Numbered from the stretch's first letter, positions 19,846 through 29,121 are shown. The stretch: 64,000 bases of DNA from an uncultured Gammaproteobacteria bacterium (GCA_913045055.1 CAJWPI010000005.1:3675-67674), one strand, 5' to 3'. Translations and numbers: made by a program. Notes: generated by a model not told the origin, from the letters alone.

Positions 19846-20547
19846 ATGAAGCAAAATATAGATAAAGAAGAAGTAGAAAAATTTGATGACCTCGCAAAAA
19901 GCTGGTGGGATCCACAAGGTGACTTCAAGTCTCTTCATCAAATTAATCCTCTTAGAATTAACTTCATAAAAGAAAGAACTACTTTAGCAGGTAAACAGGT
20001 TCTAGATATTGGATGTGGAGGCGGCCTGTTAGCAGAAGTTCTATCCGATCTTGGAGCTATTGTTACCGCTATAGATGCATCAGAAAAGACAATTAATGTT
20101 GCAAAAGCCCACGCTAAAAAAGTTGGAAGTAATGTTAATTATATAAAAGCTTCTCTAGAAGAGTTTTCAAAGATTAAACCAAAAGCAAAGTTTGATGTCA
20201 TAACATGCTTAGAAATGCTAGAGCATGTTCCCGACCCTCTTCAAATATTGAAAAAATGTTCAGACCTTCTCAACCAAGACGGTGATCTCTTCCTCTCTAC
20301 AATAAATAGAAACCCTCGTTCTTACTTATTTGCAATTATTGGGGCTGAATATTTACTTAATCTTTTACCAAAGGGTACTCATGACTACTCTAAGTTTATT
20401 AAACCATCTGAACTTTCAAAATGGCTTAACAAATCTAATTTAAATACCATAGAGGTTGTAGGTTTAAGCTACAACCCTATAACTGATAATTATTGGTTGG
20501 GTAAAGATATTGCCGTCAACTATTTATTACATGCCTCCAAAGTATGA
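19846..20547 (+). CDS. ubiG: Bifunctional 2-polyprenyl-6-hydroxyphenol / 3-demethylubiquinol 3-O-methyltransferase
   Basis: EVEKFDDLAKSWWDPQGDFKSLHQINPLR and the SAM motif VLDIGCGGGLLAE. 233 aa. Confidence 0.95.
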   Translation: MKQNIDKEEVEKFDDLAKSWWDPQGDFKSLHQINPLRINFIKERTTLAGKQVLDIGCGGGLLAEVLSDLGAIVTAIDASEKTINVAKAHAKKVGSNVNYIKASLEEFSKIKPKAKFDVITCLEMLEHVPDPLQILKKCSDLLNQDGDLFLSTINRNPRSYLFAIIGAEYLLNLLPKGTHDYSKFIKPSELSKWLNKSNLNTIEVVGLSYNPITDNYWLGKDIAVNYLLHASKV

Positions 20548-21206
20548 AAGAAATTGAATTTATAGCTTTTGATTTAGACGGAACTTTACTTGATACTGCC
20601 CAAGACTTTCTAATTGCTGTAAATCGATTAAGGTCAAAACATTCTTTTTCTAGTTGCGAATTGGAAGAGGTCAGGATTAGAGTTTCTGAAGGAGCGTTAA
20701 GCTTAACTAACTTTGCCTTAGACTTAAGAGGAGAAAATCAGAATAAAATACAGTTTCACAAAAATGAACTATTAGAGATATACAACTCTTGTTGTTTGGA
20801 CAAAACAGTTCCTTTTGATGGAATAAACAATTTGTTAACTAATATTAATAAGTCGGGCCTTAAGTGGGGAATAGTGACCAATAAACCCAAAAAGTTTGCA
20901 AAAAAGATAGTTCATCATTTCTTTTCGTCATACAGACCATCTTGTCTTATATGTCCCGAAGATGCTGGAGAGAGAAAACCGAGCCCTAAAGGGTTATTGA
21001 AAGCTTGTCTAGAAGTTGACTCAAATCCGACAAAGTCTATATATATAGGAGACCACCATATTGATATTGAAGCAGGAAAAAATGCAGAAATGATTACTAT
21101 CGCTGCTGCTTATGGATATATTCCAGAAGGTCAAAATCCTTCAAACTGGGGTGCAGAATTTATTGCAAAATCTCCAGAAGAATTAAATTCCATTATTTTT
21201 AGTTAA
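20544..21206 (+). CDS. HAD-IA phosphatase (phosphoglycolate phosphatase / MupP-like)
   Basis: HAD motifs FDLDGTLLDT, GIVTNKP and YIGDHHIDIEAG. It sits after ubiG and before yciK, matching Pseudomonas ubiG-mupP-yciK. ATGA overlap with ubiG. Confidence 0.8.
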   Translation: MKEIEFIAFDLDGTLLDTAQDFLIAVNRLRSKHSFSSCELEEVRIRVSEGALSLTNFALDLRGENQNKIQFHKNELLEIYNSCCLDKTVPFDGINNLLTNINKSGLKWGIVTNKPKKFAKKIVHHFFSSYRPSCLICPEDAGERKPSPKGLLKACLEVDSNPTKSIYIGDHHIDIEAGKNAEMITIAAAYGYIPEGQNPSNWGAEFIAKSPEELNSIIFS

Positions 21207-21210
21207 AAAT

Positions 21211-21960
21211 ATGATTGATATAAGTAGTTACCATCCACAAAGAAAATTACTAGCCAATAAAGTAATTTTAATAACTGGCAGTACTTCAGGTATAGGTAGA
21301 GAAGCCTCAATAACTTTCTCGCAGTTCGGAGCCAAAACTATTTTGCTTGGGAAAAATATTGAGTTACTTGAAGAAACATATGAGTTAATAGTTTCTAATA
21401 ATTTAGAAAAGCCTATACTCCATGTCTTAGATTTTGATCAAGCTAAAGAAGAAGAGTACTTTCAGTTAGCTGAATCTGTTCTGCAAGAATATGGAAAGTT
21501 AGACGGGCTATTAAATAATGCAGGAATTCTAGGAAAAAAAGTTTCTATAGAAGATTACAGCTTGAGGGAATGGAGAAAAGTCCTCAAAGTAAATTTAGAA
21601 TCAGGATTTCTGCTTACAAAGTCTCTACTTCCAGCATTAAGGAAAGCTAATAATTCCTCAATAGTTTTCACCTCTTCGGGAGTGGGAAGAAAAGGTAAAG
21701 CTTATTGGGGAGCATATTCTATCTCAAAATTTGCTGTTGAAGGTCTAGTCCAAATACTAGCTGAAGAATTAGAAAATACCTCGAATATAAGAGTAAATGC
21801 TGTTAATCCTGGTTCAACAAGAACCAAGATGAGAGTTGAAGCTTATCCAGCTGAAAACCCAAAATATAACCCCACCCCTAAAGACATTATGAATGCATAT
21901 CTTTATCTTATGGGTGAAGATAGCATAGGATGTAATGGGAAATCTATAGATGCTCAATAG
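21211..21960 (+). CDS. yciK: YciK-family SDR oxidoreductase
   Basis: ILITGSTSGIGREA Rossmann, NNAG and the YxxxK catalytic motif (YSISKFAVEGL). Synteny after ubiG and the HAD phosphatase. Confidence 0.85.
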   Translation: MIDISSYHPQRKLLANKVILITGSTSGIGREASITFSQFGAKTILLGKNIELLEETYELIVSNNLEKPILHVLDFDQAKEEEYFQLAESVLQEYGKLDGLLNNAGILGKKVSIEDYSLREWRKVLKVNLESGFLLTKSLLPALRKANNSSIVFTSSGVGRKGKAYWGAYSISKFAVEGLVQILAEELENTSNIRVNAVNPGSTRTKMRVEAYPAENPKYNPTPKDIMNAYLYLMGEDSIGCNGKSIDAQ

Positions 21961-22669
21961 ATAATACATCTTCTTGACTTAATTCTTTCCAGGCCCCTCC
22001 TTTTAAACCAGAAGGTAAGAATACATTTCCAAATCTAACTCTCTTTAATCTAGAAACTCTAAGTCCTTGACTTTCCCACAACCTTCTGACTTCTCTAGTT
22101 CTGCCTTCAGTAATCACCATAGCAAACCATTGGTTTGTACTTCCCTTCCTTCCTTCTTGGATATCAGTAAATTTAGCGAAACCATCTTCTAAATTTACCC
22201 CATTAACAAGCCGCTTTAAAATCTTGTCGTCTACTTTTCCATTTATTCTAGCGACATACTCCCTTTCTATATTTGAAGAAGGATGCATTAATCGATTTGA
22301 TAACTCTCCATTATTCGTAAATAAGATTAAACCTGATGTATTTATATCTAATCTGCCTACGGAAACCCATCTACCTGATTTTATCTTTGGTAAAGAATCA
22401 AATATTGTGTTTCTGTGATTTTTATCTTTCCTGGATGAAATTTCGCCTATTTTTTTATTATAAATTAGAACTCTTTTCTGTTGATTGGCATTCTTAGAAA
22501 GAAATATTTCTTTTCCATCAAATTTTACTTTATCTGAAGAAGAAATTAATTGTCCTAGACTAGCATTCTTTCCATTTACTTGGATTCTTCCCTCAATAAT
22601 AAGTGATTCTATTTTTCTTCTAGATGCTAGTCCATGCGAGGAAAGGACTTTTTGAATCCTTGATCTCAT
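21944..22669 (-). CDS. rluB: 23S rRNA pseudouridine synthase, RluB/RsuA family
   Basis: An N-terminal S4 domain (RIQKVLSSHGLASRRKIESLIIEGRIQVNG) and catalytic GRLDINTSGLILFTN. It lies adjacent to scpB as in Pseudomonas. The 3' end overlaps yciK convergently by 17 nt. Confidence 0.88.
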   Translation of the reverse strand: MRSRIQKVLSSHGLASRRKIESLIIEGRIQVNGKNASLGQLISSSDKVKFDGKEIFLSKNANQQKRVLIYNKKIGEISSRKDKNHRNTIFDSLPKIKSGRWVSVGRLDINTSGLILFTNNGELSNRLMHPSSNIEREYVARINGKVDDKILKRLVNGVNLEDGFAKFTDIQEGRKGSTNQWFAMVITEGRTREVRRLWESQGLRVSRLKRVRFGNVFLPSGLKGGAWKELSQEDVLSIEHL

Positions 22670-22696
22670 TTAAACAAAAATCTTTAGTTGTAAATA

Positions 22697-23299
22697 CTAA
22701 GAATGTAGAGAATCTTTAGAAGGCTGTTCTATTTCATGCTCTTCCTTCTCCAAAGGAAGATTCATATCTAGTGTTTCTACTTCTGGAAGATCGGGAAGTC
22801 TTGGTAGTTCTCTAAGGTGTTGTAATCCGAAATAATCTAGAAATTCCTTAGTTGTTGAATATAACGAAGGCCTACCGGGGACATCTCTATGACCCACTAC
22901 TTTAATCCAACCTCTCTCCATAAGGCCTCTTATTAGCTGGGTCCCAATGCTAACTCCTCTAATATCCTCTATTTCTCCTCTTGTAATGGGTTGTCTGTAC
23001 GCTATTAAAGAAAGGGTTTCAAGCGTAGCTTTAGATAAAGACTTAGGTTTCTCTTTCCATAATTTAGCAATATAAGGTGAAAACTCTTGTCTTACTTGAA
23101 GTCTATACCCAGAAGATACTAATTTTAACTCCACCCCTCTAGTTAGAGATTGAAGCTCTATTTCTTTAAGAACTTCCTTTATTTCCTCTCTAGAAGGTTT
23201 TTCATTTTCTTCAAAGATTGCTTGTAATGCCTCTATCGTCAAAGGTCTTGAAGCGGATAAAAGTGAAGCTTCAATAATTTGTAGGAGTTTCTTTTGCAT
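22697..23299 (-). CDS. scpB: SMC-Scp complex subunit ScpB
   Basis: Winged-helix pair (ATLETLSLIAYRQPITRGEIEDIRGV; GRPSLYSTTKEFLDYFGL). Confidence 0.9.
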   Translation of the reverse strand: MQKKLLQIIEASLLSASRPLTIEALQAIFEENEKPSREEIKEVLKEIELQSLTRGVELKLVSSGYRLQVRQEFSPYIAKLWKEKPKSLSKATLETLSLIAYRQPITRGEIEDIRGVSIGTQLIRGLMERGWIKVVGHRDVPGRPSLYSTTKEFLDYFGLQHLRELPRLPDLPEVETLDMNLPLEKEEHEIEQPSKDSLHS

Positions 23300-24111
23300 T
23301 AATGTACCTCTTTTATTCCTTTTATATGTATGGGACCAAATTCTTCAGACTGCACTATTTCTATTAAAGAATCCTTGATTAATTCTAGAACTGCTAAAAA
23401 GGTAACTACTACACCTAGTCTACCTTCTTGAACTGAGAATAAAGAAGAAAATTCTATAAAAGATTCTTTCTTCATCCTCTCTAAAATTTCGGACATTCGT
23501 TCTCTTGTTGAAAGTTGTTCAAAATTAATTAAATGAGCCTTAGATTGTTCCATTCTTTGCATTACCTCAGATAAAGATTGAGATAAGTCTTGGAGAGAGA
23601 TCTCAACTACAGGAGTTTCTATCTGGAATTCAGGTAGTTTTGCAGAAGATGAAAAGAAATCTCTATTGAGTCTGGGAATTGCATCTAATTTCTCCGAAAT
23701 CTGTTTGAATCTTTGGTACTCCTGCAATCTATGAATAAGTTCAGCTCTAGGATCTTCTTCAATTAGCTCTTCTTCATGTCTAGGGAGAAGCATTCTTGAT
23801 TTAAGTTCTGCAAGATAAGCAGCCATTACTAGATAATCTCCTGCTAATTCAATTTGAAAGGCCTCCATAAGGTTTATATAAGACGTGTATTGCTCAGTTA
23901 TAAGCTCTACATTTATATCAGTGATATTAATATTCTGTTTCTTAATTAGATAAAGAAGAAAATCTAATGGGCCTGCAAATGTATCAAGTAGAACCTCTAA
24001 AGCATTGGGGGGTACATAAAGATCCTCTGGTAAAGAAGTGACATTCTCCCCCTTTACCGTGGCTAAAATGAGCTCCTCTTGACGAGGAATCTTGGTTTTT
24101 ATATCAACCAT
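23299..24111 (-). CDS. scpA: Segregation and condensation protein A (kleisin)
   Basis: FAGPLDFLLYLIKKQNINITDI N-terminal motif and a C-terminal winged helix (VVVTFLAVLELIK). One-nt overlap with scpB. Confidence 0.9.
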   Translation of the reverse strand: MVDIKTKIPRQEELILATVKGENVTSLPEDLYVPPNALEVLLDTFAGPLDFLLYLIKKQNINITDINVELITEQYTSYINLMEAFQIELAGDYLVMAAYLAELKSRMLLPRHEEELIEEDPRAELIHRLQEYQRFKQISEKLDAIPRLNRDFFSSSAKLPEFQIETPVVEISLQDLSQSLSEVMQRMEQSKAHLINFEQLSTRERMSEILERMKKESFIEFSSLFSVQEGRLGVVVTFLAVLELIKDSLIEIVQSEEFGPIHIKGIKEVH

Positions 24112-24183
24112 TCTTCCAATACTCCATGTATTGGAGGTTTATTATAGCCAGCTCTTGAAAAAAACGCATCTATGCATTTTTTC

Positions 24184-25815
24184 TTATGAATATCTATTAG
24201 TAATTGGATATCGTCTGTCTTTTCCAAAACCTCTAGCAGTAATCCTTACTCCTGGAGGAGCTTGTCTCCTTTTATATTCATTCTTGTCTATAAGATTAAT
24301 AACTTCTTCGACAGTTTTTTTCTTTAAACCCTTGCTAACTATCTCTTCTAATGCTGCATCTTTTTCAACATATAACTCTATTATCTCATCTAGGATTTCA
24401 TAGCTAGGAAGGCTGTCTGAATCTTTTTGATCAGCAGAAAGTTCAGCTGAAGGAGGTCTATCAATAATTCTTTTCGGAATCACCTCAGATAAAGAGTTTC
24501 GATAATCTGCTAATTGATATACCCAAGTCTTAGGAACATCTTTAAGCACCCCAAAACCTCCTGCCGTATCCCCATAAAGAGTAGAATATCCAACAGCAGT
24601 CTCACTTTTATTACCTGTGGTAAGTACCAATAATCCTAATTTATTAGAAATAGCCATTAAAAGAACACCTCTAGCTCTTGATTGTAAATTTTCTTCTGTC
24701 TTGTCTTTATCTTTTCCTAGAAAGGTATCCTTTAAAGATGTTTCAAAGGAATCAAATATCTTACTAATATCTATAACCTTATGGGAAATGCCCAGATTGG
24801 TGGCTAGTTTGTTAGCATCTACAATGCTCATTTCAGAAGTATATTTGAAGGGCATCATAAAAGTTTTAACTTTATCTGGGCCTATAGCATCTGCAGCTAT
24901 TACTGCTGTAAGAGCTGAATCAATGCCACCAGAAGATCCTATTATTGCTCCCGAAAACTTGTTTTTTTGAATATAGTCTTTTGTACCTAATACTAGGGCA
25001 TCATAGAGATCTTCTAATTCTGTCCTTACCACTTTTTCTTTCTTAATTTTATTATTAGAAATAAGAGATAGATCCGTATTATTAAGTTCTACAATTTCAG
25101 AATGAGTTTTAAAACTAGGAAATAATTTAGAACATTCTCCTTCTGTAGAAAAAATCATGGATGCTCCATCAAAAACCAGTTCGTCTTGTCCCCCTACCTG
25201 ATTTACATAAATTATTGGAACAGAGAACTTCTTCGCATGCTTTGAAACTAGCTCTATTCTTTCTTTTATTTTATTTCTATGAAAAGGAGAGGCATTTAAA
25301 TTTATTACTAAGTCAGCGCCTCTTCTCGCAGCTTGACGAATAGCTTTTGTATGCCAAATATCTTCACAAATGGTTAAGGCTATATGCTTGCCCTTAACCT
25401 TGAATAAACACGGTCCTTTTCCAGGTGAAAAATATCTTTTCTCATCAAAAACATTATAGTTGGGTAGTTCCTGTTTAAAGTATTCGTGCTGTATCGAGCC
25501 TTGATATATCACCCCAGCTGCATTAAAAAGTTTACCTTTTTTTAACCTAGGGTATCCTATAACGATGTGGATATCTTTATATGCTTTGCTTATTTCTTCA
25601 AGATTTTGGTTAACAGCCTTTAATAAATCTTCTCTATATAATAGATCTTCAGGAGGATAACCTGTTAAGAACATTTCGCTAAAAACTACAATATCTGGAG
25701 GCCTTTTCTTTCCAAAACCTTTTATACTCTTAATAACTAAATCGGTATTGCCTTGAATATCTCCAACAACAGGATTCTCTTGAACTATACCTATTCTGAT
25801 TGATGAAATTGACAT
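24184..25815 (-). CDS. nadE: Glutamine-dependent NAD+ synthetase
   Basis: An N-terminal nitrilase-type CN-hydrolase domain (FSEMFLTGY, LTICEDIWH) and a C-terminal PP-loop synthetase (GSSGGIDSA). 543 aa. Confidence 0.95.
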   Translation of the reverse strand: MSISSIRIGIVQENPVVGDIQGNTDLVIKSIKGFGKKRPPDIVVFSEMFLTGYPPEDLLYREDLLKAVNQNLEEISKAYKDIHIVIGYPRLKKGKLFNAAGVIYQGSIQHEYFKQELPNYNVFDEKRYFSPGKGPCLFKVKGKHIALTICEDIWHTKAIRQAARRGADLVINLNASPFHRNKIKERIELVSKHAKKFSVPIIYVNQVGGQDELVFDGASMIFSTEGECSKLFPSFKTHSEIVELNNTDLSLISNNKIKKEKVVRTELEDLYDALVLGTKDYIQKNKFSGAIIGSSGGIDSALTAVIAADAIGPDKVKTFMMPFKYTSEMSIVDANKLATNLGISHKVIDISKIFDSFETSLKDTFLGKDKDKTEENLQSRARGVLLMAISNKLGLLVLTTGNKSETAVGYSTLYGDTAGGFGVLKDVPKTWVYQLADYRNSLSEVIPKRIIDRPPSAELSADQKDSDSLPSYEILDEIIELYVEKDAALEEIVSKGLKKKTVEEVINLIDKNEYKRRQAPPGVRITARGFGKDRRYPITNRYS

Positions 25816-25888
25816 CCTTACTTTATATAAACTTCTTGGTGAATTTAAACAATAGGGTAATTTCTTTAGATTAAGGTATATATTATCA

Positions 25889-25918
25889 TTGAAAAGTATT
25901 CAATATGACTCTTATATA
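25889..25918 (+). promoter_or_regulatory. Candidate sigma-70 promoter for the DAHP synthase gene
   Basis: TTGAAA (25889-25894), a 17-18 nt spacer, then TTATAT/TATATA, about 30 nt upstream of the ATG at 25950. Matches like this occur easily by chance in AT-rich DNA. Confidence 0.25.
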
Positions 25919-25949
25919 TGTAAAATGCCCTTCCTTTTAAAATAGACCA

Positions 25950-26990
25950 ATGCAGTATCAAACTGATAATATCCGAATTTCTGGCATGGAAGAGTTAATG
26001 CCAGCTAATGATCTGATTTCTTTACAACCAATATCTGAAGCATCTTCAAAGCTAGTATTTGAAACAAGGTCTAGAATTTCTAAAATTGTCTCAAGAGAAG
26101 ATAAAAAACTAATAGTTGTGGTTGGACCATGTTCGATCCATGATCCAAAGGCAGCTATTGAATATGCCTCAAAACTTAGAGAGGAAACTAATCAATATAA
26201 AGATAATCTTGAAGTTGTCATGAGAGTTTATTTTGAAAAACCTCGAACAACCGTGGGTTGGAAAGGTCTAATAAATGATCCTGATTTAAATAACTCCTAC
26301 GATATAAATAAGGGTATAGCAATAGCAAGACAATTGCTTAGAGAAATAAATGATCTTGGAATGGCAGCTGGAACTGAGTTTCTAGATGTTATAACTCCTC
26401 AATATATAGCTGACTTAATATCTTGGGGTGCAATTGGTGCCAGAACTACTGAGAGTCAAGTTCACAGAGAACTCACCTCTGCTCTGTCATGCCCTGTAGG
26501 TTTTAAAAACTCTACTGGAGGGGGAGTTCAGGTAGCTGTGGATGCAATAAAATCTGCACAAAACCCCCACATTTTCCTTTCAGTTACTAAGGAAGGTCGT
26601 ACTGCAGTATTTTCTTCTAAAGGTAATGAGGATTGCCATATAATTCTTAGAGGAGGAAAAGAACCAAACTTTGATAGTAAAAGTATAGAAGAAACTTCTT
26701 CCCTTCTATCTAAATCAGAACTTACTGAGAGTATTATGGTTGATATGAGTCATGGTAATAGTAAAAAACAACACAAGAAACAAATCGAAGTTTGTGAAAA
26801 TATTTGTGATCAGCTTTTATCAGGTGAAAAAAGAATAACAGGAGTAATGCTTGAAAGTAACCTCGTAGAAGGAAATCAAGAAATTAAAAAGAAAAGCGAT
26901 CTTATCTACGGTAAAAGTATTACAGATGCATGTCTTGGATGGGAAGATACAAGGAGCTGTTTAAATAAACTCGCAGAATCCCTTAAATAG
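25950..26990 (+). CDS. 3-deoxy-7-phosphoheptulonate (DAHP) synthase, class I alpha (AroF/G/H type)
   Basis: LIVVVGPCSIHD, VMRVYFEKPRTTVGWKGLINDP and GARTTESQVHRE. 346 aa. The feedback specificity cannot be read from the sequence. Confidence 0.93.
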   Translation: MQYQTDNIRISGMEELMPANDLISLQPISEASSKLVFETRSRISKIVSREDKKLIVVVGPCSIHDPKAAIEYASKLREETNQYKDNLEVVMRVYFEKPRTTVGWKGLINDPDLNNSYDINKGIAIARQLLREINDLGMAAGTEFLDVITPQYIADLISWGAIGARTTESQVHRELTSALSCPVGFKNSTGGGVQVAVDAIKSAQNPHIFLSVTKEGRTAVFSSKGNEDCHIILRGGKEPNFDSKSIEETSSLLSKSELTESIMVDMSHGNSKKQHKKQIEVCENICDQLLSGEKRITGVMLESNLVEGNQEIKKKSDLIYGKSITDACLGWEDTRSCLNKLAESLK

Positions 26991-27071
26991 ATTGTAAATT
27001 CTTTAGATTTTTTCTTAAGTAGTACTTCAGAACCCTTGAGGTATCTTTTAGTCTCTTTATACTTACAAGTA

Positions 27072-28163
27072 ATGAACCAATCATCTTCTATAAAAATTTC
27101 AAAAGAAATAGCTAAAACTTTAGGATTAAATCAGGCAGTATTACTGGAGATAATTCAGTCTATTATTCTTGTAAGAAAAATTAATGAAGTTTCTTTAAAA
27201 GACATACTTTCTGAGACACCCTTTTGGAACCAAAAAAAGGTTCAAAAAAACATAGAAAGTTTAATGTCAAAGGGTATTTTGAAAGAATTAAATAACAAAA
27301 ATACTTTTAAATTAGGCTCTTATAACAAAAAGAATCAAGAATTAGTTCCTAGAACTTATACTAAATTTAAAGGTCATGAAAAAACTAATATTGAACAAAG
27401 GTGGAAACCAAGGCCTGAAACAATTCTTCAGGCTAAAGAATATGGAATACCTGATAAGTTTACTTACTCCCAATTAGAAGAATTTATCCATTTCTATAAA
27501 GAAAAAGGTGAACAAAATAGATCATGGGACTTAAAATTTCTTAGATACATAATTAAAGAATGGCGAAAAAGGGAGATAGAAGTTAATAAGGCTTCTAAAA
27601 GAAAGCTTATAAATAAAGAATGGCTACCTGACGGTGAAGCTCTAGAGATACTTTACAAAAGTGGTGTGACAAAAGAATTTATAGAAAATGAAATTCCTGA
27701 ATTTACACTTTATTGGCAAGATAAAGGTGAAGCTTCTGATACCTGGAACTCAAGATTTATTTCCCATATTAGAAGGCAATGGGCTAGAGCTCAAAATTTA
27801 ATTAATAATTCTGATCTACCAACTCCTATGGATAAAGCATGGTTACCAAGTAAAGATTTTTATGAAGTCCTGTCATTATCAGAAATTGATAAAGAATTTG
27901 CAGATTCATGCATTAAAGAATTCATACTTTATTGGCAAGAAACTGGTCAATCTCATAACTCATGGAATAGTAAGTTCTTTAGACATGTAAAATTTCAATG
28001 GGAAAAGGGATCAAAAAATTCCCACAACAATTTAAATAAAATAATTAAGGCTAATTGGTCTACTTATCAGCCGAAGGTTTTTACTAAAGATAGTCAAAAC
28101 AAACAATCTAAGAAAAACATAAATACGAAGCTCAAACAACTTAAAGATAAATATAACTTTTAA
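27072..28163 (+). CDS. Hypothetical protein with an N-terminal helical (winged-helix-like) region and three tandem DnaT-type ssDNA-binding modules
   Basis: Three ~73-aa repeats each carry W-x-P ... EF..YW...G.....W..(K/R)F......W. As I recall it, this resembles the E. coli DnaT C-terminal domain (DWQPDADF...[22 protein letters not shown]). I prefer the ATG at 27072 over the TTG at 27036 used in the ORF track. Confidence 0.6.
   Translation: MNQSSSIKISKEIAKTLGLNQAVLLEIIQSIILVRKINEVSLKDILSETPFWNQKKVQKNIESLMSKGILKELNNKNTFKLGSYNKKNQELVPRTYTKFKGHEKTNIEQRWKPRPETILQAKEYGIPDKFTYSQLEEFIHFYKEKGEQNRSWDLKFLRYIIKEWRKREIEVNKASKRKLINKEWLPDGEALEILYKSGVTKEFIENEIPEFTLYWQDKGEASDTWNSRFISHIRRQWARAQNLINNSDLPTPMDKAWLPSKDFYEVLSLSEIDKEFADSCIKEFILYWQETGQSHNSWNSKFFRHVKFQWEKGSKNSHNNLNKIIKANWSTYQPKVFTKDSQNKQSKKNINTKLKQLKDKYNF
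27399..28004 (+). repeat. Three in-frame tandem coding repeats, period 219 nt / 73 aa, diverged at nucleotide level
   Basis: The invariant Trp codons are at 27402, 27621 and 27840 (ORF-track residues 123, 196 and 269). Confidence 0.85.
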
Positions 28164-28183
28164 CTTTTTCATTTAGTATTTTA

Positions 28184-28205
28184 GTGTTATAGTTAGGTAT
28201 AACAC
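28184..28205. promoter_or_regulatory. Perfect 8-bp inverted repeat (GTGTTATA-N6-TATAACAC), 10 nt upstream of the RND adaptor start codon
   Basis: Read directly from the sequence. No U-tract follows on either strand, so it is a poor intrinsic terminator. It could be an operator or an mRNA hairpin. Confidence 0.3.
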
Positions 28206-28215
28206 CTAAGAATTA

Positions 28216-29121
28216 ATGAAAATTAGAAGAACGTATAAAACTGCTGCAATAACCTTTGTTTTAGCTTTTCTATGGCTTCTTTCTGGTCTATTGGTTAACA
28301 ATGAAAGTAGCTCTAAAGAAATTGCAGACCTAGAAACAATCTCTTCAGTTACGGTCTTAAAGAGTGAAGCTAAATTACATTCAAAAAAAATTAAAGTTAG
28401 TGGTTTTACTGAGGCAGAAAAATTAGTCAATGTTAAAGCAGAGATTAGCGGAAGAGTAACAGAAACTCCATTTAGACAAGGAGAATATGTAAAAAAAGGT
28501 GATGTGATATGTCAACAATATATTGCTGGAAGAGAAGCCTACCCTAAAGTTTTTGCTCCTTTCAATGGATATTTAGAAAGAGTTTATGTTGAGAGCGGTG
28601 ATTATCTTAATGTTGGAGGAGTTTGCGCTACATTAATAGACCCAAATCCTATGCTGATAGTAGGGGAAATTTCAGAAAAAGAAATTGCATTTGTGAAACT
28701 CAATACTCAAGCAAAGGCTAAATTGATATCAGGAAATGAAATTGAAGGACTAATAACTTTTGTCGGTACTTCTGCTGACAGAGCAGGTAGAACTTTTAGG
28801 GTAGAAATGAGCGTTGAAAATAACGACAGATCTATAAGAGATGGCATATCAGCAGCAATAACTATTGAAGCAAACAAGGTTCTTGCTCATAAAGTTTCTC
28901 CTGCAATACTCATGCTGGGGGATGAAGGTCAGTTGGGAGTTAGAACAGTAAACTTAAATAATGAAGTGGAATTTAATACCATTGAAATTCTAGAAGATAC
29001 TTTAAATGGAATTTGGATTACGGGCTTACCTCAAACTTCTAGAATAATTACTTTAGGACAAGAATATGTGTTTCTAGGGCAAACAGTTAAAGTCAAGGAA
29101 GTTATTTCTCCAGAAGTATGA
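28216..29121 (+). CDS. RND efflux periplasmic adaptor (membrane fusion protein), short form lacking the alpha-helical hairpin
   Basis: An N-terminal TM anchor and lipoyl half-motifs VKAEISGRVTETPFRQGEYVKKGDVI and VFAPFNGYLERVYVESGDYLNVGG separated by only ~10 aa, followed by beta-barrel/MP domains. ATGA overlap with the RND pump gene. Confidence 0.85.
   Translation: MKIRRTYKTAAITFVLAFLWLLSGLLVNNESSSKEIADLETISSVTVLKSEAKLHSKKIKVSGFTEAEKLVNVKAEISGRVTETPFRQGEYVKKGDVICQQYIAGREAYPKVFAPFNGYLERVYVESGDYLNVGGVCATLIDPNPMLIVGEISEKEIAFVKLNTQAKAKLISGNEIEGLITFVGTSADRAGRTFRVEMSVENNDRSIRDGISAAITIEANKVLAHKVSPAILMLGDEGQLGVRTVNLNNEVEFNTIEILEDTLNGIWITGLPQTSRIITLGQEYVFLGQTVKVKEVISPEV

Noticed and set aside
24122-24182. 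Two small hairpins between nadE and scpA: CTCCA-TGTAT-TGGAG, and AAAAAACGCAT-CT-ATGCATTTTTT.
   Set aside because: The stems are 4-5 bp with marginal loops. They could contribute to termination after nadE but are too weak to call.
25919-25936. TyrR-box-like sequence TGTAAA-ATGCCC-TTCCTT upstream of the DAHP synthase gene.
   Set aside because: Only the left half-site matches TGTAAA-N6-TTTACA, and the right half matches 3 of 6. It also lies downstream of the best -10 candidate. It is indistinguishable from chance in AT-rich DNA.
27036-27071. TTG-initiated extensions of the DnaT-repeat protein (27036) and of nth (43225-43263).
   Set aside because: In-frame ATG codons follow (27072 and 43264). 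For nth, the ATG gives the typical N-terminus. The extensions add hydrophobic or odd peptides with no homology support.
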